In this document: positions 12,741 to 24,420 of the stretch, piece after piece | How the letters are laid out: each line of letters starts with the position of its first letter | Numbering within the stretch: the stretch's first letter is position 1 | Assembly: GCF_009834535.1 (NCBI RefSeq) | Contig: NC_045697.1 | Span: 116,934,001-116,998,000 of the forward strand | DNA length: 64,000 nucleotides | DNA from: Camelus ferus | Lineage: Eukaryota | Direction: 5' to 3' | Translations under genes and position numbers: made by a program | The notes under the pieces: model-generated | Seen by the model: the letters and a program-made list of their open reading frames with translations, nothing else | Told to the model about the DNA's origin: nothing | Database searches by the model: none

Positions 12741-12881
12741 TTTCTATGTCTATGAGTTTGTTTCTGTTTTGTAAAGAAGTTCATTTGTGTCATTTTTTAA
12801 GATTCCAGATATAAGTGATATCATATGGTATTTTTCTTTCTCTTTCTGGCTTATTATAAACTGACTATACTTCAATAAAAA
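12741..12881 (+). mobile_element. L1 insertion with 5' inversion
   Basis: Antisense L1 3'UTR segment (12741-12852) joined to a sense terminus and poly(A) (12853-12881). Perfect 18 bp TSD aaaaatgaatagaatagt at 12723-12740 and 12882-12899. Confidence 0.93.
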
Positions 12882-12924
12882 AAAAATGAATAGAATAGTA
12901 AAACTCAGGTCACCAGATCTTAGT

Positions 12925-13401
12925 TGTTAGGGGCAGAATAGTGACCCCCCTAAAGATATCTGTATCCTAATCCTTCAATCCTGTGACTGCTTCACATGAC
13001 ATGGTGACAGGGACTTTGCTGATGTGATTAAGCTGAGGATCTTGAGGTTGCTGAGAGCAGACTGGGTTATCCGGGTGGACACAGTCTAACCATGTGGGTC
13101 CTTAATGGCAGAGAACCTTGCCTGGCAGTGGCTGGAGGGAGACTCCAGGAGAACGGTCTGATGGGGCAACGAGCAAGGAATCCGTGAGCTGAGGGATGTG
13201 GGTGGTCTTCAAAGGCTAGAAAAGCAAGGAAATGGACTTCCTGAGGCATCCAGAACGAGATGCAGCCCTGCTCACGTCTTGACCTCAGCTCCCTGAGACC
13301 TGGGTCAGACTTTTGACCTACAGAACATAAGTAATAAAGTGACATTGTCGTTAAGCCACTAAAGTTATCATTTGTAACAGCAGCAACAGGAGTCGAACCT
13401 A
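12925..13401 (+). mobile_element. MaLR solo LTR (MLT1D-like)
   Basis: cagaata...cccctaaagat, agggactttgctgatgtgattaag, gcaaggaaatgga, cagacttttgacctacagaac, ttaagccactaaa. Confidence 0.88.
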
Positions 13402-13519
13402 TGAGCTCTTGTACCTTAATCCAAACAAGCTCAAGAGGAAATTTTCAGGATTTCCCTGCTCTCTTTTCCACAGTCTTTTGCTTTTTCCTTTCTTCCTTTA
13501 GTTGTTTTTTAAAGGCTGA

Positions 13520-16500
13520 AGGAGAGCTTCCTTTCCTGCACAAGATATAGTATCAGAGACTGAAAATACCCTCTCTGCTTGAGAAAATCAAAAAACCGAA
13601 ACCAAAAACCAAACAGTATATAAAATCTTGTTTTCAAGACACTAGGGATCAGGCTCAAAGCATAATGATCTCCAAAGAGAAACAGAGAAAGTGAGTCCTG
13701 TCATTTCCCCAGGTTACTGCCCCAGGTTACTGCACAGGGTGGGGGACCCAGCAGGCCTGTGGGCCCCTGAGTTGAAGAGTTGGGTTTGAGGGTTGATCTG
13801 GGGAGACCAGGAGGCTAGAGTTCTCTGGACAGGGCCCTGGAGGAAGGAGAGTTGCACAGAGTTAGCTCCCTGGAGATCCAAAGAGTAGATTTACCCTGAG
13901 GTATTCATCAGAGCACTGATCAGTGCCGGGGAAGAAAGAACTCCCCAAGGCCGAGGAAACAGCCAACCAAGAGGATTAGAGGGAACAGTGATTGGCACTC
14001 ACACAGAGCTGGGACTGGTTCCCATTTCCAGTAGCAGACTGGAAAACTCGTAACTCAAGATAGATCCTGCCCCAGTACTAGGAAATTATTAGTCCGAGAC
14101 TGAGCACCTCTCCAGATCTGCGTAAAAATCAGAAAGTCAAGATCAAAAAGCTTAAGTCATTTCCAAGCACTTAACTGAATCCTAGAATAAAGCACCAACA
14201 AGGCAGAATTCACCCTGTTTGCTATTAAAGTGACGCTTACGAGGCCCACAGAGAAGTAGGAAAACATAACGCATATGAAGAGGACGATCGGAAAATCAAA
14301 ACTGACTTAGAACCGCCATAGATGTTAGAATTAGCTAAAAAAGAACGTTAAAATAGTTAGAACTATTTTTTATATATACAATGTGTTCAGTAGGAACAGA
14401 GAAAAAGGACCTACTTCAAAATTTTAGAGGCGAAAGTTACAATGTATGACAGAAAAATATATTGGCTGGAATTAACAATGGATTAGACATCACAGAAGAA
14501 AAAAAATAGTGAACTTAAAGCCATAGGAACAGAAACTGTGCAAAATGAGAAGTAGAAAAAAATGTAAAAGAACAGTCTCAGTGAGTTGTAGGAAAATTTC
14601 AGAAGTTTCATGTCCTTGTAATTCAAGTTCCGATGGAGAGAAATGTAGGGGCAGAAAAAACATGTGAAAAAGAATGGTCAAAATGTTTCCAAACTTGATG
14701 AAAACTTTAATCCCATAGATTGGGATCAGTACCTCAAAAGCACATAAGAATTTTAAATGTATATGCCCCTAGTGACAGAGCTTCAAAATACATGACACTA
14801 AACAGCTACAACTCCAAGGAGAAATAGAAATATCCTCAATGATAGTCAGAGATGTAATAATCCCTTCTCAGTGAATAACAGAACAAGCAGAGAGAGAATT
14901 AACAAGAACGCAGTAGACTTAACCACACTGTTAACCAACATGGTCTGTTTGACATTTATAGAATACTATACCCAGCAACAGAATAATATTTTTCAATTGC
15001 AATTTCAATTTCAATTTCAATATAATTTCAGTTTCAATACAATTTCAATTGAATTCAATTTCAATACTTTTTTTCAATTGCACGTGGAATACTTACCAAG
15101 ATAAATAATATTCTCAGTCATAAAATAAGTCCCAAGGAAAATCTCAGTGAGTGATTTGTAAAAGTTAGCAAGCTGATTGCAATATTCATATAGAAATACA
15201 AAGGATTTAGAATGGCCAAAACTACTTTAGAAAAGAACAAATTTAAAGGACTGGTCCTAACTGGTTTCAGCCTTAATAAGGCTACAGCAGTCAAGTAGTG
15301 TGGTATTGCCATTCAGACAGACAAACAGATCAATTAAAAGAGTACAGGGTCCAGACGTAGATCCACATGTTTGAGGATAATGGATTTTTGACAAAGGTGG
15401 AAGAGTAATTCCATGGAAAAAGGATAGTCTTTTCAACAATTGATGCTGGAACAATTGAATGTCTATAAACAAAAACAAAAACAAAAAATAAAATCCTTTG
15501 ATCCGCACTATATTTCACCATATACAAAATTAACTTCAAATGGACTATAGACCTAAATGTCAAATCTAAGATGATAATAATTCTGAATGTAAACATAAGG
15601 GAAAATCTTTGTGACTTGATATAGGCAAAACTATCTTAGATGTATTACCAAAAGCATAATCCACAAAGGAGTAAATTGACAAATTGGATTCATCAACATT
15701 TTAAAAAAATCTGCTCTTTTGGAGAGACTCTTAAGAGAATGAAGAAAATAAGCCATATAGTGGGAGAAAATTCAAGGACTCGTATCCAGAATATATAAAG
15801 AGTTCTCAAAACTCAAAAAGTAAAAAGCAAAAAACAAAAAACACAAATAAAACCAACCCACAAAAAATAGGCAAAAGATCTGAAGAATCACTTCACAAAA
15901 GGATATTTATGAATGGCAAATAAACACAGACAAAAAATGCCCACTCATTAATTAGCAGGCAAATGAAAATTCAAATCACAGTGGATCTCATTACAGACTG
16001 TGCAAAAATGATAAAAATTTATAAGACTGACCATACCGTATGTGATCAAGGATGTGGAGGAACCAGAAATGCAAAATGATGCAAGCACTTTAGAAAACAA
16101 TTTGGTACTATCTTTAATAGTTACATGTATAAATGTCACGTGATCTATCCATTCATTCTGTTCCTAGTTAGAGAATTACCCAGAGACTTGTACACAAACG
16201 TTCATGCAGCCTGATTTGTAAAACCCGGGAACTGGAAACATTCCAAATGTGTACCACATGTGAATGCATATGCGAGCAGTGGTATATCTATACAATAGAA
16301 CACACACACAAAAAAAGTGATGACCTATTCATACACGCATCCAAATGGATGATTTCAAAATAACTATGCTGAGGGAAAGAAGCCAGGCAGAAAAGGAACA
16401 CAAAATTGGTGATTTCATTATATATCATTCTAGATCTGCTTCTAGGACCATACTAATTTATAGTAATCTAATCTATGCTAATCTATAGTAACATGATGCA

Positions 16501-16590
16501 AATCAGTGTTTACCTGAACAGGGGAAGGGAGAAAGGTGGTGAGTTTGGGGTGGTGGATATCAATGTTATTTTGACTCTGGTGATGGCGTT
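13520..16590 (+). mobile_element. Old L1M (L1MC/MD/ME-type) element with 5'UTR, ORF1, ORF2 and 3'UTR remnants, internally deleted
   Basis: Collinear remnants: ORF1-like ~14200-14720, endonuclease region (aaatgtatatgcccctagt...agagcttcaaaatacatga) ~14740-15130, late ORF2 (gatttttgacaaaggtg...aggatagtcttttcaacaa) 15150-16100, 3'UTR to ~16590. Confidence 0.88.
14989..15082. repeat. Degenerate (TTTCAA)n hexamer tract inside L1
   Basis: Visible aatttc repeats bounded by tttttcaattgca at both ends. Confidence 0.9.
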
Positions 16591-18599
16591 ACGTGTGTAC
16601 ACATGTTACTCAGTCTGGGTTATGAAGATTAAATGTATTTGTACCGGGAAAGTCCTAAAAAGTGTGTTAAAAAGTAAATGTTTGCAATTATTAAATATTA
16701 ACATAGTATCTACATTAAACTATTTCCTATATTGGGAGTTTTGTCATTTTCAACTCAGTTTCTCACAATTACAACCTTTCTTCTCATCTTCTATGGTTTT
16801 GTTTTTCTTCTTCCTTTCATGAGTTTTGTTTTTGTTTTTGTTTTTTGGTTGTTGTTTTTAATTTCTCTTTTTACTTTTATTCTAAAAATGCAACCTTACT
16901 GCTTCTTTCGCTACCACTGGATTTCTTTGTCAGTGGAAACAATGAATAGTGTAACAGTCACTAATTAAAAAATCAATCCAATAAATATGTTTTGGAGGAA
17001 GAAGTTTGTGACAAAGCATGAAAAGAATGTGCCTGCTTTCAACAACCTCTGTAAAAACTGTTTTGTATGGTGGATCAGCTTTTATATTAAGAGATCCAAC
17101 ATTTCATATGCACAAAGTAATAGGATTGAAATTGTTGTTCTTTTAATTAATAAAATAATCAGGGAAAGAGAAAATCCTGATTCTATTTAGCACTATAGAG
17201 TAACAGAGAGGAAAAGGTAAGCTTTTTCATCGTTCTAGTCCCTGGGTTTTATTCACTCTGGAGTTAATGAAGGAAGCAGTGAAATAAACCGCCGGATCTA
17301 CCTGCTCATAGACAATATTACTGTGGCCCCTATAAGGAAATATAACAAGCACCTCTGTCCTCAGTTTACTTAGAGCTATTAGAGGTGGGATGGGGAGTAA
17401 AGAGAATTGTGGTGTGTCAGCGCAAATAATCCATTCTTAAGTGTGTCTTTTCTTTCCGATATAGAAAGGGGATAGAGGTTAGAGAAATCCAAAGACGAAG
17501 CAAAATAATTGTTAGAATTCTCTCATACAGGAAGGGCTATGTGGTGGCGCAAAATAGCCCTGTGATTTTCTTCCCACTAAATGAAAGAGGAGGGAACTGC
17601 AGGGACAAGCAGTGATTATTCAATACAGGTTAAGAGACCTAGAATCAAAGAGCATCTCACCAGTGCCCTGTAAGAAGACCCTTATTCCTTGTGTGCATCG
17701 CCAATTGTGGAGATAAAAATGTCTTCCTATAAATTTAGTTCCATCAACTATTTTGTACAAAATGCATCCTGAATACATAAACACCATAGCAACAGCTTCT
17801 GTTGGTTTTTGTCAACCACAGTGAATCACACAAAATAGGGGATTGCTAGGAAAGAATCAACAATTTTATCAATACAGTCTACACCTTGAGAAAGATGGCC
17901 GTGTCGTTTTGTATAGCAGCTCATGAATGTTTCAGGATTGATGGTCTACTCTTTTGAGTATTGTGATTTCTTATTTCTTCATTGTTAATAAAATGATTTT
18001 TCTATAGAATTGCTCATGGATGTTATAACTTGAGCTACAACCATTATTCTGTGGGTTAAGAACCTATTGTTTCCATTTGGGGCTTTCTATGTCTCCATGG
18101 AAACTGTCCATGAGTTAGGTGTTTATGATTGATTTGTGGTCCTTGATGAAGCAAACTTTTGATGAAATAAATCCCTTCATGAGCCATTTTTTTTTTGTCT
18201 GAAAATTTCAGGATTTTTTCCCCTAAGATTCAGTGCCCCATTTAGTTTCTTTGTTTTAGTTTTTGCAGTGTAGTTATCAGGGTGCTTCTAATTTTTATCT
18301 ATTGTACTTGCTTTTTGTAAATTTCTCCACTTCCTCTTTCAAATGTTTCTGTGGTGGTGGTGAGAACTATCCTGGCCTGTCTCGGAAGTGACTGTTCTCC
18401 TTCCGATATTTTATTCAGTGCAGAGTTGCAAACAGAAAAACCTGCTTTCAGCATCACACCTGTCTGAGATGCTCCCCTATTTCTTGAATAATTTGGGGGA
18501 TGGAATTAATTTTCCTTCCACTTTTTTTTCCTCTAGCAAACTTGTAATGAAGCTAAGCAGACAAACATTCTTATTTATGAGGCAAAGTCAAAGTATTTT

Positions 18600-19076
18600 T
18601 GACACAGGAAAGATGGGGCAGGAGTGGGTGGTCAGGTCCCAGGTGAGTCCCTGGGATGCACTTCATCAAGTAAGGATTTTCGGCTTCGCCCAGAAAAGGA
18701 TTCAAGAATGAGCCATAGTGAAGTAAAAGCAGATTTATTCAGAAAGATGCCCACTGTGTAGACAGAAGGCGAGAGAGAGCAGCCAGAAGGTGCGGGGTTG
18801 TTCGTTTTTATGAAATTTCATATGCTAACAAGTTGGAAGATTATTCCAGCTGCTTTGGGGAAAGGGCTGGGATTCCCAGTCACTGGGCCACCACCCACAT
18901 TTTTACCTTTAAGGCCAGCCTGCCACCTGTGGGAGGACCATTTAGCAGCTATTGTATTTCAATGAGTAGATATTGAAGCCCAAAGTTAACTGGGAGTTGA
19001 ATCTTCCATCATCTTGGTGCTAATGACTGTTTCATTCTTTTAATGCTTGTGCCCGGCCCCCTTCCCTCCTGTCTCA
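18600..19076 (-). mobile_element. ERV1-like solo LTR (~477 bp)
   Basis: Inverted termini tgacacagga...tcctgtctca; antisense poly(A) signal in agtaaaagcagatttattc; MER4-group-like text; flanks tttt/tttc fit a 4 bp TSD. Confidence 0.82.
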
Positions 19077-19366
19077 TTTCCATCAAGGATTTGCAAATAT
19101 TAATTTCCCTAATTCACACTATTCATTTTTATTAAAATATTTTTAACTTATATCATTATGAGTATATATATTTAGAATTTTATCCAGGAACATGAGCATA
19201 TTCCAGTATTTTTGGTAACAGTATTCTAATTGCAATGCTTTAACACTAGTATTAGAGAATACTAGCCTTAATAACTTAGTATTTAAATAAAATAAAAAAA
19301 TTGTATTTCCACAGAACTCCGGCAACAATATATGAAAATTTTCGTTGCCCTGGTGGGGGCGGGGGA

Positions 19367-19525
19367 GTGGCATCTCCTGGTTTTGATTTGTATTTCCCTG
19401 ATGGCTGATGAGATGAACATCTTATCATGTGCTTATTAACTATTTGTATACCTTCTTTGGGGAAATGCCTGTTTAGCTTCTATGCCTGGTTTAAATTGGA
19501 TTGTCATTTTATGGTTGAAGTTTAG
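19367..19525 (-). mobile_element. L1 ORF2 3' fragment
   Basis: ggttttgatttgtatttccctgatggctgatga...catcttatcatgtgcttatt...cttctttggggaaatg. Confidence 0.85.
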
Positions 19526-19611
19526 ACTTTTTTTTTTTAATTAATGAAAGTGGTCCCCCCACCCCAAAGCTGTTTTTTAACTGGTGAGTTTTAACTGACT
19601 TAAAAAAAAAT

Positions 19612-19766
19612 GGGGGTAGAGTATAGCTCAATTGGTAGACCACATGCTTGGCATATACATCCTGGGTTCAATTCCCAGTACCTCCTCTCAAAGTAAATAA
19701 GTAAACCTAATTACCTCCCACCCGCTGCTCCCCCCAACAAAATACAGAAATTAAAAAAAAAAAAAG
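19612..19766 (+). mobile_element. Camelid tRNA-derived SINE (Vic-1-like)
   Basis: gtatagctcaattggtagaccacatgcttggcat...cctgggttcaattcccagtacctcc...aaacctaattacctccc plus A tail, inserted at TT/AAAA. Confidence 0.9.
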
Positions 19767-20689
19767 ATTTCTACTCTTACTGTAGACTCTGGTCTCCTTA
19801 AATCTAATATATAACATTGATTTTATATAAAAGTGTCAATATAGTTTTGTATTTATTTAAGCATCAATCATAGCAAAATGATTTCATTAAGCAGCAGTTT
19901 TAAAATGATACTGTCTTTTTCCAAGATAACATTTTTGGAGAAGAAACACACAAAGCCTATCTAGTGAAGCAAAAACTGCTTATTGCTTAGCAACTAGTGG
20001 GACCTGATATCGCAAAACTTTCGCAGCTCCAAGAAGACCTGGCATTTAGACAATGACATTATTGTTTGAATAGAAGCCATTTATTAAACGATGCTAACTT
20101 TTTCCTATTCTGCCTTGATAATTTCCCCTGAATGTCTCTGTAGGAAAATTGACAATGTTGTCAACACCAGCTACATGGCCAAACCTTAAAACCTTGAAGT
20201 TGGCTGGATGTTATAGCAGGGAATAAAAATATATTCTGAAAAAAATACATATTTCCTGCAAAACAGCAATATTCTAATATATTGATCTTGCAGAACCCTG
20301 GAAATACATGTTTGATTTTTAACATGGAAGCTCTTTGTAGAGTGGTAAATTACAATAGAAATATACATGTAATTTGCCAAGGTAAATTACAATATAAATG
20401 AAAACACTACAAAAATGGTTTTGAAAAAAAAACATTATTAATATATTTTTCAAGACTATTCTCAAATTGTCTTTAAAAATAATACCACTTGCTATTTGTA
20501 AAAAAAAAATTTTTAATTATATTCTTGGAATTTTCCTCATTAGACATATAAATATATCTGTCTTTCACAATAAAAACCCATTAACACATTTTTCAACCAC
20601 CGCAAATTAATGTCTTTTTATTTAAAAAAATTAATACTTAAGGGGTAAAATTTGTCTTAGTTTTTTTACCTGTAAGATTTCTGGGCACA

Positions 20690-20760
20690 AAGACTTGTTT
20701 GGTGGCCAGAGAACCCAGCATACACTAAGTACTTAATATATGTTTATTGAATGAGTGAAT
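20690..20760 (+). mobile_element. L2 3' terminus
   Basis: cccagcatacactaagtacttaatatatgtttattgaatgagtgaat. Confidence 0.7.
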
Positions 20761-22649
20761 AAAAGCTATTTTCTAATTGATGAGTTTTAACTGACTTAAA
20801 AAATGATTTCCACCCTGTTCAAATTCATCCTAGTACATTACATTGATTTTATTTAAAAGTATCAATATAATTTCATACTTGATAAAATAAAGGCTGTCCC
20901 ACACTGGGGTGCCTGGGAAAACTTGGTCTGCTTCACCACAAGAGGTCAACCACCAGAACCATCAGGGATGCAGGGAGAGGGAGGGGGTGGGGGAGGGGAG
21001 GAGAAGGAGAGGAGGGGTTGACAAAGGTGAAGGGCTTACCCTCCCCCTGATGGGGTCCTCCCAGTCCCTTTGGTCTGGCCTGGCAGGACATGGCAGGTCT
21101 GGGGCTGCCAGATGCTCTGGGCAGGGAAGGGGCTGGAGAGGGGCTCTCAGAGGCCTGCCCTCCAGAGCGATGAGCACGCAGCTCCCAGCCTGTCTGTCTG
21201 CAGGGCTCCTTGGTCCGGGACCTCCTCCTAGCAGTTTGCTTGTGCGCAGCCCTGATGTCCATCCTTGGGGCTGGCAGAGACCAGTTTGCTGGGAAGGGGT
21301 GCAGACTCAGGGCCCTCCTCCTTGCTTTCCCTATGACAGTTTTACATAGTCGCTTCTTTTTCTAAAGTAGGCTGTCTGTTACGGCCTCGGGTGTCTGTGA
21401 GAGTAACTGCTGAAAGGAGGAATCAAAGCCTTGCACACTGATCTCCCGCAGGGTTGCAGCTATTGGAGGAGTGGTCTCTGTGCTGTTTGCCCTTTAACCT
21501 CTCCAACCCTGTGAATTCCAAGTGGACCCAGTGTCTGTCTGAGGTCAGGGGCCTTCTTCACAGCTGCCTTTGCATTCCGATCCTTTCTGGAGTCTTGGGA
21601 AAGCAATGGCGAGGAAATGCATTGTGTTTTACATTATCTGTCCAGAGATCGACCAAACAAACAAACATTGATTACCACTGGACAGATTCTGATAAAGCTC
21701 TCTTCCTGCCCATCATTCCTCCCTGATTCTGGGTATTTTTAGCCAGTGCCAAATTAGCACTGCAGCAAAGCTGGGTAACAGGCCTGTATGAAGCCAGTGC
21801 TGAGAAATAACACACACTGAAAGCATTCGACTGGCAACAGATCAATTATTTCAACACTTTTCTTTTACTTGTAAGAATGCAAGCAATCTTAGGCATGAGT
21901 CAGCATTTTTAGAATCCTCGTTACAATAAGCTTCTTTCACTAATAGTCTCAATTAAAAAATTAAAACTATGTGGAGAAGAATTAGCAGGACAACAAGCCT
22001 CACTTCACCTTAATCATGAACAGGAATGCACTGCTTTTCCTCCCAAGGGATACAGAAATGCGGTGGGTGAGATCATTACATTTACTCTGAATTAAAAAGA
22101 AATTTGAGGAAGTGAAATATGAAAGAGATATTTTGGGGATAAAAGAACTTAGAGATGTAATCTGGTGATTACTCAACTGTTCTTATTCTGCAGATGAGGA
22201 AATTTAAGCCCAGAAATATTTATTTCACAAGAAGGTCCCACACAAGAGACCAGGCAATACATCTGAAAACAGAGTTAACAGTTAACTTTCTGCAACACAT
22301 TTACCAAAGAGAAGATGTGCAAAAGATAGCCACTGGCTAAACTGATGCCACAAACCCGTGGTCAAAGGCAAAGAACTTCACTCAGACACTGGCAGTTCTT
22401 CCTGCAGCAGAATTAGCAAAGTATCAGGGTTCCAGATCCATCAGTGATGAGACGATGTGTCCAGGGGAAAGTCTTCTAACTGGTCCTCAGCAGTAATAAA
22501 TAATAGATGTTCCGTCAGGAAAAAACAAATGACTCTTTGACCTTGATTGGCCAATTTTTAACATCTTGCAAAACAGACTATTACTCTCTCGTGCTCTCTG
22601 TCTCCGTCTCACGATGCACATATATACACACACACATTGTTACAATTTT

Positions 22650-22790
22650 TTTTTATCTGAACCATTTGAGAATAGGCTGCATATGCCATGCTCCTTTGTC
22701 TGTTACTGCTACTGTATGTATTTCCTAAGAACAAGGATACTCTCTTACATAACCATGGTACAGTTTTGGAAATTCAGAAAAAGTTAACAT
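22650..22790 (-). mobile_element. L1MC-type 3' fragment
   Basis: ctgaaccatttgagaata...gtatttcctaagaacaaggatactctcttacataacca. Confidence 0.75.
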
Positions 22791-23164
22791 TTCAATCGAA
22801 TCTACATTTTTCTCTTGTAACCAATTACATCACAGTTTCAGATTTATTCTTCTTTTGATTGTTTTCACAAAAATAAGCTGATATATACATGTTTTCTTAT
22901 TTCCCTAAATAGGATTGTTTTGTACAATATTAAACCTACACAAATAAAACACAAAACCAAATTTGAAGTCATTTGTAGATTTTGAGATATTTTTTATTCT
23001 TTCCGATGTCTCTGCCCTTACCTCTTTCCTTCCTTTTCCCTCATTGCTTAAAAGCATCCTCACAGGAGCCAAACTTGATTTCCCAAGGAAATCGTGCTGT
23101 TGGCAGTAAGGCATCATTATGAGCGTCCAAATAGAGAATTAATATTACCAAATCTAAGACTGTG

Positions 23165-23505
23165 GCAGCTGCGTGAAGGAGGAACCAAAAGGGGGAGACC
23201 AGAGAGATTGGAAGACCAAGTAAGAAGTTACTGTGATTTTCCAGGGAAGAGATGCTGAAAGTCTGAAATCAGATCATGGCTAGAGGAGCAGGAAGTGGTG
23301 GGAGATGGCCCCTGTTTGACTTGAAGGATGAGTGGGGAAAGGTGAGGGCACTACAGAGCTATATACCCTTGGAGAGTGATACTGCTGTCATCCAAACTTG
23401 GAAAAGAGAAGGTGTTGTTTCAGGGGAGGGAGCAATGGTTTGGTGGTGAACCTGGTGAGTTTGAAAGGTTGGCATTCTAGCCATGTGGAGAGGGTCCCAG
23501 CACAG
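23165..23505 (-). mobile_element. L2 fragment
   Basis: ggaagaccaagtaagaagttactg...ccagggaagagatg...ggtgagtttga...ccatgtggaga. Confidence 0.65.
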
Positions 23506-23523
23506 TGCGATAACATACAAGCA

Positions 23524-23975
23524 TATGGAATATCACTCAGCCATGAAATAGGATGAAATCATGCCATTGGCAGTGACATGGATGGACCTAGAGATTATCA
23601 TACTAAGCGAAGTAAGTCAGAGAAAGACAAATACCATATGATATCACTTACATGAAGAACCTAAAAAAAGACACAAATTAACTTACGAAACAGAAACAGA
23701 CTCACAGACATGGAAAACATTTATGGTTACCAAAGGTGAAGGGGGAAAAGATAAATTAGGAATTTGGGATTAGTAGACACACACTACTATGTATAAAACA
23801 GATAAAAAACAAGGACCTATTGTATATCACAGGGAACTATCTTCACTACCTTGTAATAACCCATAATGGAAAAGAATCTTAAAAGGAATGTATGTGTGTA
23901 TATACGTATGACTGAATCACTTTGCTGTACACTTGAGACGTTGTAAATCAACTGTGCTTCAGAACAAATTAAATA
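23524..23975 (+). mobile_element. 5'-truncated L1 3' end
   Basis: atggaatatcactcagccat...atggatggacctagagattatcatactaagcgaagtaagtcag...ttgtaaatcaactgtgcttca. No clear TSD. Confidence 0.92.
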
Positions 23976-24383
23976 GACCCACATGCAGAAAACTCAAGGT
24001 GCTGAACTGGGTGTTGGGGAATGGTTTGCTCTAGAATTTCATTCTCTTGTTTCCTTTCAGAGTCGCCTTCTCTGCTTTGCGCGCCTGCAGGTAAGGCAGC
24101 AGTGAGCAAGTGTGATGCTTTTTGTTTCCTTATGGTTAATCCAGGAAGCGAGGTCAAAGCATCGTGTCCACATAGTCACACAGAACTGCTTAAAAGTCTA
24201 CCAAAAGCCTTTATAAAGCCCAGGGTCTACCAAAGGCATTTTGTAATGGTGCATCATGGTGTTTGTAAAGAACTCTGACTAGTGAATTTTTCTCATTTTC
24301 TCCCTGCAGAACCAGAGTGATATCTGAGGTTGTATGTGGGAGGGAACACAGTGTGGTGTCCAACTCCCACCCCTGTTTATGAA

Positions 24384-24420
24384 AACACACACACAAACAC
24401 ACACACACACACAAACACAT
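24384..24420. repeat. Interrupted (CA)n microsatellite
   Basis: Directly visible. Confidence 0.9.

Noticed and set aside
17690..18250. Possible fossil env or transposase on the minus strand (NRSCC motif)
   Set aside because: Only one weak motif with no collinear support.
20909..21349. 146 aa ORF and overlapping antisense ORFs
   Set aside because: Stop-poor GC-rich low-complexity sequence with a G/R/S/P-biased translation and no recognisable domain.
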